Shown here piece after piece: positions 29,524 through 38,669 of a DNA stretch of 64,000 nt. The DNA is from Bacillota bacterium (GTDB lineage Bacteria > Bacillota > Ch66 > Ch109): contig JBMNLH010000001.1 of the NCBI GenBank assembly GCA_050952625.1, positions 352,001 to 416,000 of the forward strand, given 5' to 3'. How positions within the stretch are numbered: position 1 is the first letter of the stretch; every line of letters starts with the position of its first letter. Both the position numbers and the translations under genes were made by a program. The notes beneath the pieces were generated by a model. The model did not search any database, was not told the origin of the DNA, and worked only from the letters and a program-made list of their open reading frames with translations.

Positions 29524-30164
29524 CCAAAGTAAGGATTGAAATAAAAGGTAAGATCCCGCTGGAATCACACCATTTTGATCATCTTTGGTCCTGCCAGTTA
29601 ACTTATGATAAAAGCCAGCTTTTGGTAAATGGTAAACAATATCAGTCCGGAATTCTTTACACTGGGACAAGTGGCTATAATGAAATGGGAGGCTTTGTCT
29701 TGCCCAAGGGACAGTTTCAAAAGTTTGGCGGGGTAGCTTGCCTGGAAGATAACGACAATACCACAGACGAAGTTACCATTAAAATTAGAGAAAAAGACCA
29801 ATCCGGCAAGGTGTTAAAAGAACTTAAGGTGAAAAAAGGCGAATCTATTGCTTTTGAGATTGACATTCCCGGTATTCAGGAACTTTATGTTCAAAATTTA
29901 ATCTATGAACGGGTGCCCAAAAATACCCAGCCCGACATTATGGTAATTGCTGATCCTTATTTTAAATAAATAAATGATATAAATCATTATATTTAAGAAT
30001 GATTTTCATGCATGTAATTATGTTCATTTTTGGGTGTGCTTCAACAATAGAACATAGGTATAAAAAGTGCTTCATAATGTGCAAAACGGCGATTAGTCTA
30101 TTTTGATAGCAATCGCTCAGGCGGTCGTAAATAAATAAACTAATCAAAGTAAGGATTGAAATAA
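29520..30164 (+). repeat. 25-bp direct repeat (24/25 identical) at 29520-29544 and 30140-30164, bracketing a short insert
   Basis: CTAAyCAAAGTAAGGATTGAAATAA twice, 620 bp apart; first copy overlaps the ppdK stop codon. Confidence 0.85.
29622..29969 (+). pseudogene. C-terminal fragment of a surface protein (NPCBM/NEW2-like carbohydrate-binding domain)
   Basis: VNGKQYQSGI...GQFQKFGG...FEIDIPGIQEL...IADPYF; no SD or signal peptide, so appears 5'-truncated. Confidence 0.5.
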
Positions 30165-30218
30165 GTAAAGCTCATAATAAACCTTATGTGCTAAAACTTA
30201 AAAATCTCTATAAGAAAG

Positions 30219-30270
30219 ATAACAAGGGTACTGTCACCTAGTATTTTTAGTGGCAGTACCTTTGTTATTT
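30219..30270. terminator. Long intrinsic terminator hairpin
   Basis: ATAACAAGGGTACTGTCAC...GTGGCAGTACCTTTGTTAT. Confidence 0.7.
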
Positions 30271-30426
30271 CCATGAATTTCCTATAAGCATTTGCCCGGA
30301 TATAGAGTCTTTAAGTATAACCAAATGTTATCTTTGCTATAACGTTTATGTGTTAAAATATTTAAGTGAAGATAAAAGATAATAGAATTTCTTATATAAA
30401 AGGTAATGTCTGTAGACGGAGGCAAA

Positions 30427-31188
30427 ATGATAACAGTAGGCATTGATATTGGTTCGGTGGCCACTAAAGGGGTTATGGTGAGCGGAGATTCGCTCTGGAG
30501 GACAATCGTTCCAACCGGATGGAGTCCGCGGGATGCCGGGCAAAGTGTGATCGAGAAACTGTTGGAGCAGAGCCGGATCGGGCGTGATCAGATCGGACGG
30601 ATATTCGTTACCGGTTACGGTCGGGTAGCATTTGAACAAGCCGATAAGACCGTCACTGAAATCAAATGCCATGCCCGGGGAGTAGCGGAAATCCACCCCG
30701 AAGTTCGAACAATCATCGATATAGGCGGTCAGGACAGCAAAGTGATCAAGATCGGGGAAGGCGGAAAGGTTTTGGATTTTGCCATGAATGATAAATGCGC
30801 TGCCGGAACCGGCCGCTTTTTGCAAGTGATGGCAACCGCTTTGGGCCTAGATGTAAGTAAACTAGGAGAAGCTGAAGACCCGGAACGGATCATCCCGATC
30901 AGCAGTATGTGCACTGTTTTTGCTGAATCAGAAATAATCGGACTGCTGGCCCGCGGTAATCCCAAGGGAAGTATAATAGCCGGCCTGCATGAAGCAGTAG
31001 GCAAAAGGGTGGGCTCTATGGTTATGCGGATGGGGGTGCAGGAAAAAGTGGCCTTTACCGGTGGAGTGGCGATGAATCAGGGAGTGAAAAGAGCCCTGGA
31101 AAAGGAATTGGGCTGTGCTCTTCTAGTATCCGATTCATGTCAGTTTACCGGGGCTCTGGGAGCAGCTCTGTTGGCGAGCCAGGCTTAG
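30427..31188 (+). CDS. ATP-dependent activase (HgdC/BadFG; DCCP-reductase type)
   Basis: GIDIGS..TK, TGYGR, EIKCH, DIGGQDSK, MNDKCAAGTGRFL, CTVFAESE, GALGAA. Confidence 0.92.
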   Translation: MITVGIDIGSVATKGVMVSGDSLWRTIVPTGWSPRDAGQSVIEKLLEQSRIGRDQIGRIFVTGYGRVAFEQADKTVTEIKCHARGVAEIHPEVRTIIDIGGQDSKVIKIGEGGKVLDFAMNDKCAAGTGRFLQVMATALGLDVSKLGEAEDPERIIPISSMCTVFAESEIIGLLARGNPKGSIIAGLHEAVGKRVGSMVMRMGVQEKVAFTGGVAMNQGVKRALEKELGCALLVSDSCQFTGALGAALLASQA

Positions 31189-31213
31189 ATAATAACAAAA
31201 AGGGGGATTTATA

Positions 31214-31405
31214 GTGGCTGATTACCGTCAGATGTGGACCGATCTAGGGATGGATTTAGAAAAACATGATCTTTTATGCGAGGTACTGCCGGAAGCTTTT
31301 GAGGGGGTATTTCTTTCCCAGCCAAACCGGCCCGAGGGTATGGGTTTCTATGATTTCGTTGTGTCTGAAATTCATGGAGTGCGGCCGGCGGAGCTTGCCC
31401 CGTAA
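31214..31405 (+). pseudogene. Truncated double-cubane-cluster / 2-hydroxyacyl-CoA dehydratase family protein
   Basis: YRQMW.DLGMDLEKHD...FLSQPNRPEGM.FYD.VVSEIHGVRPAEL resembles the N-terminus of the ~420-aa DCCP family; stops after 63 aa. Confidence 0.78.
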
Positions 31406-31415
31406 AATAGACACA
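31391..31415 (+). mobile_element. Possible IS3-family terminal repeat scar at the truncation point
   Basis: GAGCTTGCCCCGTAAAATAGACAC resembles IS3-group ends; coincides with the break in the gene. Confidence 0.35.
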
Positions 31416-31513
31416 CTAAACAGCAGGGTACTTCACAAAATATGCTAAAATAATAAAGTGAGGAGTTTGCCGTTTGGCGGTCGGTCACTTTCCCGCGAGG
31501 GGAGGTGATGCCT

Positions 31514-31594
31514 ATGGTTACATATGGCGAATTGTTTCAATTCTGCTTGGTAATCGTGGGAGTTATTTCCCTGTGCGTTATGCTCAGAAAATAA
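31514..31594 (+). CDS. Small hydrophobic type I toxin-like peptide (holin-like), 26 aa
   Basis: MVTYGELFQFCLVIVGVISLCVMLRK; strong SD GGGAGGTG; single TM and basic C-terminus; not in the ORF track. Confidence 0.8.
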   Translation: MVTYGELFQFCLVIVGVISLCVMLRK

Positions 31595-31676
31595 CAAGGA
31601 CCGCCTTTTGAGCAAGGCGGTCTAAACCCGTTTTTCGGACCTGCCGCCGTGCAAAAAGCGGCAACTCCTTTTATTA
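31595..31676 (-). ncRNA. Predicted antisense antitoxin RNA
   Basis: Minus-strand promoter TTGACG-N17-TATCAT (31682-31710) pointing into the toxin 3' region; hairpin GACCGCCTT...AAGGCGGTC (31599-31622) with T-rich tail on the minus strand. Confidence 0.65.
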
Positions 31677-31938
31677 ATTGTATGATAACATGCATTAAAA
31701 TATTCGTCAACGAAGAATAGGATGGAGTCAACAGTACCGCGAAGATTGAACGAAATGAAATTCGGATTGAAATGCCCGTTTGGTCGATCAGCCCGGTTGT
31801 AGCAGCCATTTACCGCGTCCACCAAACTGGGTAAGGATCCGTAAATACAAATATTACCAGTCTATTAGCGATTGTCAGAGACAATACCCTGTTTTTGTTG
31901 CATTCCTCTTGACCGAAAAGTCTACAAGCGATTGTGGT

Positions 31939-32637
31939 TTATTTTTTCTCCCAGGTCTCAGATTTGGAGTCGGGGCCGGTGATGTGAACGTTTTTTAGTT
32001 CCTTGACATAATCGTCGGCGACATAAACCTGAATGGTCTCTTGATTATTCATAAATCTGAAGACGCCATTATTAAAATCCGTACCTGTTTCCTTGAAGAA
32101 AATACCCTCATAGACAACATCATTGGTATGGTTAAAGTTTAGGCGATAAGATTCTCCCTCTTTAACTAAATAAGCGCGCACTCCCTTCTCATAACGATCT
32201 TCTCTGCTTTCTAAATGTCGTGGTACAGAAACAATGTGCAGGTCAATAAAGGGAATTTCGCGCAATAGAATATTGATGATAGACCCCTTGGTAATCTCCT
32301 GCCAGCGGCTTTTGGCGGTTTGGCCTAAAACGATCTGAGTGATATTCTTTTCGCGGGCTACCTCTGCAATAACCGTTGCCACGGGACGTTTTTCATTATC
32401 TTTAATTATATATTCTTCTGCATTATGTTCTTGGGCAAGCTGCTGCCACCTTGTAATATAGTCAATTTTCTCTGCACTAAATTCTTCAAGGGGCAGTGGA
32501 TCAATGGTAAGTATATAAAGGGGACAGTCCAACAAAGTTGCCAGCCTACATCCCCGGCGAATCAAGCGTTCACCATTAGGACCATAATATACACAGACGA
32601 GAATGCTTTCATCCATATGTGTTTTAACGATTCTCAT
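31939..32637 (-). CDS. Stand-alone KdpD-type universal stress (USP) domain protein
   Basis: ESILVCVYYGPNGERLIRRG.RLA, VAREKNITQIVLGQ...RWQEI..GSII..LL...IDLHIV; ATG after GGAGGTG (the upstream ORF extension lies in the IS remnant). Confidence 0.8.
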   Translation of the reverse strand: MRIVKTHMDESILVCVYYGPNGERLIRRGCRLATLLDCPLYILTIDPLPLEEFSAEKIDYITRWQQLAQEHNAEEYIIKDNEKRPVATVIAEVAREKNITQIVLGQTAKSRWQEITKGSIINILLREIPFIDLHIVSVPRHLESREDRYEKGVRAYLVKEGESYRLNFNHTNDVVYEGIFFKETGTDFNNGVFRFMNNQETIQVYVADDYVKELKNVHITGPDSKSETWEKK

Positions 32638-32669
32638 CAACTCACCTCCAGTTATATTTTTAACCTTGT

Positions 32670-33172
32670 CTAGGTTTTCTGCAGCAGTAATTTCTCTTAT
32701 CGTTATATGATATAACATGTTTTTCATCGCTGAAAGCCCTGATAATAAAGGATTAACTTTACTAAACTCAATAACGTAGTACAACTGATTTCTGGTTTCC
32801 CTTGTCAATGATTGATTCTTTAAGGATTTCAAGATACAATTTCTTTATAATCTAATCGTTGATAGGCGGTGAAGCTTGGTGTTTGTAAAAATAACTAAAG
32901 CCAAGAATTACGAATACGTCAAACTGGTTGAATCCTACCGTGATGGCGATAAGGTTAAACACCGGGTTCTGTTTAACTTCGGCCGCCGTGACTTAATCAA
33001 AAATGACCAAATGTTTATTAATATAGTGAAAAAGCTTTGTGAAATTGCTGAACTGCCTTTGGCTAAACCAGGGGAAGCCCTACCTAACTGTTCGGAGGCA
33101 GCGATGCTATCCTATAGCCTAAAAGATGCTGAATAATCCAAGGGCTTGATCAGTTGAGCTGCCTAAACTAGG
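32670..33172 (+). mobile_element. Internally deleted IS1634-family remnant
   Basis: Carries an IS1634-like N-terminal fragment; imperfect ends CTAGGTTTTCTGCAGC / GCTGCCTAAACTAGG; no clear target duplication. Confidence 0.6.
32876..33136 (+). pseudogene. IS1634-family transposase N-terminal fragment
   Basis: MFVKITKAKNYEYVKLVESYRDGDKVKHRVLFNFGR motif; only 86 aa, no DDE domain. Confidence 0.75.
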
Positions 33173-33252
33173 GATAATATAACATAATATAGCATTTAGG
33201 CTGAATGTTCAATCGAATTTAAAATTTTAATTAAAAAAGGGAGGCTGCCTTA

Positions 33253-35664
33253 TTGTTCGGGTTGTTTCTAATCATTCTTATTCCATTTTTATACGCAGTT
33301 ATTGTCCCATTTATTTTTAAGCGTATTCCGCAGCTTCATACCGGATGGTTTGTACTGCCTATACCCGTGGTGTTGTTTGTCTATCTAGTTAAGCACATCA
33401 CTCTTGTGGCAGAGGCAAGCCCCTTTATCTATACTGTCCCGTGGATTCCCTCTCTGGGAATAAACTTTACAACTTATGTAGACGGGTTAGCACTAATATT
33501 CGGGCTGATTATCTCGGGTATAGGTGCTTTGGTTACCCTGTATTCTATCTATTATTTGTCAAAAGAGCGGGAAGCCTTGGATAACTTCTATGTCTATTTA
33601 TTATTATTTATGGGCGCGATGCTCGGAGTGGTTTTTTCAGACAATATCCTTGTTTTATACTTGTTCTGGGAGCTTACAAGCATATCTTCCTTTTTATTAA
33701 TTGCTTACTGGTACCAAAGAAAAGGCTCTCGTTACGGGGCACAAAAGGCACTATTGATTACCATTTTTGGAGGATTTGCCATGCTGGCAGGCTTCCTTCT
33801 GCTTGCAAATATTACTGATACATTCAGTATTCGCGAAATGATCCTGGAGGCCGGCGAAATAACTGCCCATCCGCTGTTTTTAACCTCCATGATATTAATA
33901 CTGCTGGGGGCCTTTACGAAGTCCGCCCAGTTTCCCTTCCATATCTGGCTGCCTGATGCCATGGAGGCACCAACGCCAATTAGTGCCTATCTTCATTCAG
34001 CCACAATGGTTAAAGCCGGAATTTACCTTATTGCCCGCTTTACCCCTATCTTTGGCGGAAGTATGGAATGGTTTTGGATAGTTTCCGGAGTGGGGCTGAT
34101 AACCTTATTCTGGGGTTCATTTTCAGCGGTTAAGCAAAAGGATTTAAAAGCTATGCTGGCTTTTTCCACCATCAGTCAGCTGGGACTCATTATCTGTCTG
34201 CTTGGGTTAGGTTCAGCAGCCATGTATTATGGACCGGGCGAAAATGCTGCTCTGTATATCCCGGCGATCCTGGCAGCTATCTTTCATCTAGTTAACCATT
34301 CAACTTTTAAAGGTTGTTTATTCATGGTAGTGGGAGTTATAGACCATGAGACCGGAACTCGTGATCTTCGAAGACTGGGTGGCCTTATGGGTTTGATGCC
34401 GGTTACCTTTACCCTGGCGGTTATCGGCAGTTTTTCCATGGCGGGTCTTCCCCCATTTAACGGTTTTCTCAGCAAAGAGTTGTTCTTTAAAGGGGTGCTT
34501 AATGCTTCCCGACTGGATATTTTTCGTATGGAAACATGGGGTATGTTGTTTCCGGCTATCGCCTGGATTGCCAGTATTTTTACCTTTATCTACTGCATGA
34601 TTTTTGTTTTTAAAACATTTACGGGTAAGTATTATCCTCAGAGATTGGAAAATATTAAGCCAAAAAAGCCATGGGGAATGCTCTTCCCACCGGCAGTACT
34701 AGCCTCATTGGTGATCCTGTTTTTCTTCTTTCCAAATCCTCTGGCTCAATACCTTCTTCTGCCGGCGGTGGCCTCCGTTTTGCCTGGCTTTGCTGAAGTG
34801 GGCCTTGGGCTTGAACCGATTAAAGCTTGGCATGGTTGGACGCCTGAATTGTTTATGACTATGGGTGTTGTTGGAATTGGTGTTTTTTTGTACATTAATT
34901 TTCCTAAATGGTCCGGGATCTACGGTCGGCTTCCTGGGAAATTCAGGTTGAATTATATTTATGATAGCCTGCTGAGAATAACCGAAAAATCTTTTGACCG
35001 AATAACTCGAGGGTATATGACCGGATTTCTCCGTGACTATCTATTTTACATTTTTGCTTTCTTTGTCCTTGTGCTGGCTGGAGTAATGTTCGTGTTGAAA
35101 AGCTTTGCGTTTAACCCTGCCCTCAATAATTCTATAAGCATATACGAGGTCGTTTTAGCTCTTGCTATGGTTGGAGCTGCTTTGATGATCTTATTCAGCC
35201 GCACTAAGCTGGTTGCCATTATAAGCCTGGGGATAATGGGTTATCTTGTCGCCATGTTTTTTGTGGTTTTTAGGGCCCCGGATCTAGCCTTAACCCAATT
35301 GGTTGTGGAAACAGTAACTACCGTCCTGTTTTTACTGTGTTTTTATTTCCTGCCGGAGCTAACACCGGAGATAGGGAAAATAGGTTTTAACGCAGCCAAT
35401 ATGGCAGTAGCCCTTGGGGTTGGCCTCCTTGTGACAGCCATGGCTATTTCTGCTCAAAGCAATCGTTTTTTTGCACCCATCTCTTGGTTTTTTGAGAATT
35501 CCCATGAATTGGCGGGAGCAAAGAACATAGTCAATGCCATTCTTGTTGATTTTCGTGGATTTGATACGATGCTCGAAATCCTTGTTTTTTGCATTGCGGG
35601 AATAGGTGTCTATACATTGATAAAACTGTGTTTAACGGAGGGGGAGCGCAATGAAAACAAATGA
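33253..35664 (+). CDS. mrpA: Na+/H+ antiporter subunit A
   Basis: FWELTSISSFLLI, TKSAQFPFHIWLPDAMEAPTP.SAYLHSATMVKAG, APDLALTQ, DFRGFDT. Confidence 0.96.
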   Translation: MFGLFLIILIPFLYAVIVPFIFKRIPQLHTGWFVLPIPVVLFVYLVKHITLVAEASPFIYTVPWIPSLGINFTTYVDGLALIFGLIISGIGALVTLYSIYYLSKEREALDNFYVYLLLFMGAMLGVVFSDNILVLYLFWELTSISSFLLIAYWYQRKGSRYGAQKALLITIFGGFAMLAGFLLLANITDTFSIREMILEAGEITAHPLFLTSMILILLGAFTKSAQFPFHIWLPDAMEAPTPISAYLHSATMVKAGIYLIARFTPIFGGSMEWFWIVSGVGLITLFWGSFSAVKQKDLKAMLAFSTISQLGLIICLLGLGSAAMYYGPGENAALYIPAILAAIFHLVNHSTFKGCLFMVVGVIDHETGTRDLRRLGGLMGLMPVTFTLAVIGSFSMAGLPPFNGFLSKELFFKGVLNASRLDIFRMETWGMLFPAIAWIASIFTFIYCMIFVFKTFTGKYYPQRLENIKPKKPWGMLFPPAVLASLVILFFFFPNPLAQYLLLPAVASVLPGFAEVGLGLEPIKAWHGWTPELFMTMGVVGIGVFLYINFPKWSGIYGRLPGKFRLNYIYDSLLRITEKSFDRITRGYMTGFLRDYLFYIFAFFVLVLAGVMFVLKSFAFNPALNNSISIYEVVLALAMVGAALMILFSRTKLVAIISLGIMGYLVAMFFVVFRAPDLALTQLVVETVTTVLFLLCFYFLPELTPEIGKIGFNAANMAVALGVGLLVTAMAISAQSNRFFAPISWFFENSHELAGAKNIVNAILVDFRGFDTMLEILVFCIAGIGVYTLIKLCLTEGERNENK

Positions 35665-36091
35665 TGTGATTTTGCAAACGGTAACAAAGGTTGCTACCTT
35701 TATTATTTTAACCTTTTCCGTATACCTTTTTTTAGCGGGTCATCACAATCCCGGAGGGGGATTTATCGGTGGATTGGTGGTAGCTTCAGCCATTACCCTG
35801 CTATTTTTGGCTTATGATGTTAAAACAGTACGGGCGGGTTTACCTCCCGTAGATTTTAAGATTCTGGCAATTGCCGGTGTTTTGCTTGCAGTTATAACCG
35901 GAATGGGATCTTTTGTCTTTGGCAAACCCTTTTTAAGTCATGCCTTTGGCGAACTCGATCTGCCGTTTTTTGGGAATACTGAATTTGCCACATCAGTCAT
36001 TTTTGATGTTGGGGTAGCGTTGGCGGTTTTTGGAACAGCCCTGTCAATTATTTATACCATAAGTGAGGATATGTGCATATGGAGACGTTAA
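35651..36091 (+). CDS. mrpB: Na+/H+ antiporter subunit B
   Basis: GHHNPGGGFIGGL, FDVGV. Confidence 0.95.
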   Translation: MKTNDVILQTVTKVATFIILTFSVYLFLAGHHNPGGGFIGGLVVASAITLLFLAYDVKTVRAGLPPVDFKILAIAGVLLAVITGMGSFVFGKPFLSHAFGELDLPFFGNTEFATSVIFDVGVALAVFGTALSIIYTISEDMCIWRR

Positions 36092-36417
36092 TGGCCGTAA
36101 TCATTGGCATTCTTTTTTCGATAGGTGCATACCTTATTCTTTCTAAAAGCCTGCTGAGAATTATTTTGGGATCTTCCGTTATAGCCCATGGCACGCACCT
36201 TTTGATAATTACAATGGGTGGGTTAAAAACAGGCGGACCGCCTATATTAGGCGGAAGGGCTGATTCCTATACCGATCCTCTTCCGCAAGCACTTATTCTT
36301 ACGGCGATTGTCATTAACTTTGCCTTAACTGCCTTTTTATTGGTGTTGGCTTACCGATCTTATGCAAAGTTAGGCACAGATAACATGGATCAACTGAGAG
36401 GTATCAATGATGAATAA
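36079..36417 (+). CDS. mrpC: Na+/H+ antiporter subunit C
   Basis: DPLPQALILTAIVI. Confidence 0.95.
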   Translation: METLMAVIIGILFSIGAYLILSKSLLRIILGSSVIAHGTHLLIITMGGLKTGGPPILGGRADSYTDPLPQALILTAIVINFALTAFLLVLAYRSYAKLGTDNMDQLRGINDE

Positions 36418-37909
36418 TCTTGTTGTTCTTCCATTGCTTATACCACTGCTGGCCGGACTTATTATGGTAATGTTTAGAAAAAATATTCCCTTTCACCGAT
36501 GGTTTAGCCTTTTTTCTTTTTCTCTAACCTTTGCTGTTTCTCTTTATCTGATTCATCAGGTATCTATTGAAGGAATTCAAATTTTAGAGCTTGGGGGGTG
36601 GCCGGCTCCCTTTGGAATTGTGCTGGTTGTGGATATGCTTTCGGCACTTCTTCTGACGACTACCAGTTTTGTCGGTATTGCTTGTATTTTATTTGCCTTT
36701 AAATCTATTGGTGAAGAACGAGAGCAATTCTATTTTTATCCATTGTTCCAATTCCTTATTACAGGAGTAAACGGTTCATTTTTAACAGGCGACCTGTTTA
36801 ATCTCTTTGTCTGTTTTGAGGTGATGCTCATTTCGTCTTATGTGCTGCTTTCGCTGGGAGGAACCAGGATTCAATTTAGGGAAACCATCAAATATGTTGT
36901 AATCAATTCCCTTTCTTCAACCCTCTTTCTGGTAGCAGTAGCTTATTTATATGCGTCTGTCGGCACGCTGAATATAGCCCATCTCTCGATCCGCGTTGCA
37001 GAAGCCGGGCAGACCGGTTTTATGACGACTATTGCCATACTCTTTTTAACCGTCTTTAGTTTAAAGGCAGCCCTTTTTCTTTTTTTCTGGCTTCCGGGAT
37101 CTTATAGTGCTGCGCCGACAGCTATTGCCGCTGTCTTCGGAGCACTTTTGACTAAAGTTGGTATTTATGCAATTTTTCGTATGTTTTACCTGGTTTTTTA
37201 CCACCAGCCTGAGATTACCCATGCGCTGATGGGCGTGATGGCAGCCTTGACTATGCTGTTGGGAGGAATTGGTGCGGTTGCCCATTGGGACATTCGCAAT
37301 ATACTGGCTTACAACGTAATTATCGGTGTGGGCTTTATTGTATCGGGATTGGCGGTTTTTACCTATGTAGCCTTAATAGGTGTCATTTATTACATTATTC
37401 ATGATATGGTCATGAAAGCACTTTTATTTCTCCTAGGCGGAACCATGATTAGAATTGTTGGGACAAGTAAACTAAAGGAAATGAGCGGACTTATCCGCAA
37501 TCATCCATTATTAGGCTGGTTGTTTTTTATAGCTGCTTTTTCCTTGGCCGGAGTTCCTCCACTAAGTGGGTTCATCGGGAAAATTTTGATTATCCAAGAA
37601 GGGTTGGCCAAGGGTGCAGCTAATGCCGGTTTTTACTGGTTGGCCGCAATTGGCCTATTATCCAGCTTAATGATTATTTATTCGCTAATGAAGATATTCA
37701 TCAATGGTTTTTGGGGAGAAACCTTCCTTACTCGGAATATGGAAAAAGGAAGCACGAAGGGGCTGCTGCTTCCCTGTGTGCTTTTGACAACTGTTGGAAT
37801 TCTTTGGGGAGTTGGGGCAGAAATCTTTTATCCGGTTATTGAACAGGCGGCCAAGAGCATGTTGAATCCTAATTTTTATATTGAAGCTGTTTTGCGTGAG
37901 GTGGTTTAA
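36410..37909 (+). CDS. mrpD: Na+/H+ antiporter subunit D
   Basis: GGWPAPFGI, TGDLFNLFVCFEVML, WLPGSY, LLTKVG, LAGVPPLSGFIGK. Confidence 0.95.
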   Translation: MNNLVVLPLLIPLLAGLIMVMFRKNIPFHRWFSLFSFSLTFAVSLYLIHQVSIEGIQILELGGWPAPFGIVLVVDMLSALLLTTTSFVGIACILFAFKSIGEEREQFYFYPLFQFLITGVNGSFLTGDLFNLFVCFEVMLISSYVLLSLGGTRIQFRETIKYVVINSLSSTLFLVAVAYLYASVGTLNIAHLSIRVAEAGQTGFMTTIAILFLTVFSLKAALFLFFWLPGSYSAAPTAIAAVFGALLTKVGIYAIFRMFYLVFYHQPEITHALMGVMAALTMLLGGIGAVAHWDIRNILAYNVIIGVGFIVSGLAVFTYVALIGVIYYIIHDMVMKALLFLLGGTMIRIVGTSKLKEMSGLIRNHPLLGWLFFIAAFSLAGVPPLSGFIGKILIIQEGLAKGAANAGFYWLAAIGLLSSLMIIYSLMKIFINGFWGETFLTRNMEKGSTKGLLLPCVLLTTVGILWGVGAEIFYPVIEQAAKSMLNPNFYIEAVLREVV

Positions 37910-38392
37910 TTGTCCATCCAATTGGTATTAAATATCTTTATCGCTTTTCTCTGGATGCTGCTCAATGATGGGTGGAGCAGCCTTGATTTCTTAATTGGCT
38001 ATATAATAGGATTAGGTCTAATTTTTATCATGAGACATTTTTTTCCAACACCTTTCTATCTTAGAAAGCTCTGGGCCGTGGTCAAATTTATGGTTGTAGT
38101 TACCAGAGAGCTTATATTATCCAGCATTTTTGTGATTCGATTAGTCGTTAGCCCGCGGTTAACTTTTGCACCGGGTATTTTTTCATTAGAAACAAAGTTA
38201 GAAGGCGACTGGGAAATTACGGTCTTGTCCCTGCTCATTACACTTACCCCAGGCTCGGTGGTGATGGAAGTTTCACCTGAGGGAAAAATTCTTTATGTCC
38301 ATGCTATAGATATACCTGACGCAAAGCGTACGGTTATCAAATCAATCCACGCCTTTGAAAAGGCTATTATGGAGGTGACTCGTGATGTTTAA
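37910..38392 (+). CDS. mrpE: Na+/H+ antiporter subunit E
   Basis: ITLTPGS, LYVHAID, FEKAI. Confidence 0.94.
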   Translation: MSIQLVLNIFIAFLWMLLNDGWSSLDFLIGYIIGLGLIFIMRHFFPTPFYLRKLWAVVKFMVVVTRELILSSIFVIRLVVSPRLTFAPGIFSLETKLEGDWEITVLSLLITLTPGSVVMEVSPEGKILYVHAIDIPDAKRTVIKSIHAFEKAIMEVTRDV

Positions 38393-38669
38393 AATTCTCT
38401 TGCTGGCCTCGATGTTTTTAATTGCTGTTTCCATTGCAATTTTCCTGTATCGGGCGATAATAGGCCCATCCATTCCGGATCGTATAATTGTAATGGATGC
38501 TATCGGGGTTAACCTGATTGCTATCATGGCCATTTTATCCATTATATTGAGAACATATGCTTTTTTTGAGGTAATTCTTTTGTTTGGCATTTTATCTTTC
38601 ATTGGTACAGTTGCCTTTTCCAAGTATATTGAGAAAGGGGCTTTGGTTGACTATGAGCTTGATAGGTGA
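38385..38669 (+). CDS. mrpF: Na+/H+ antiporter subunit F
   Basis: GPSIPDRIIVMD, FIGTVAFSK. Confidence 0.94.
   Translation: MFKILLLASMFLIAVSIAIFLYRAIIGPSIPDRIIVMDAIGVNLIAIMAILSIILRTYAFFEVILLFGILSFIGTVAFSKYIEKGALVDYELDR

Noticed and set aside
29520-30164. CRISPR array
   Set aside because: Only two copies, 620 bp apart; no spacer-length periodicity and no cas genes. Kept only as a repeat finding.
31403-31405. Selenocysteine or pyrrolysine read-through of the truncated DCCP gene
   Set aside because: The stop is TAA, and the downstream DNA is non-coding/TA sequence rather than the rest of the gene.
32638-32832. N-terminal extension of the USP ORF in the ORF track
   Set aside because: It runs through the IS1634 remnant; a good SD supports the ATG at 32637.
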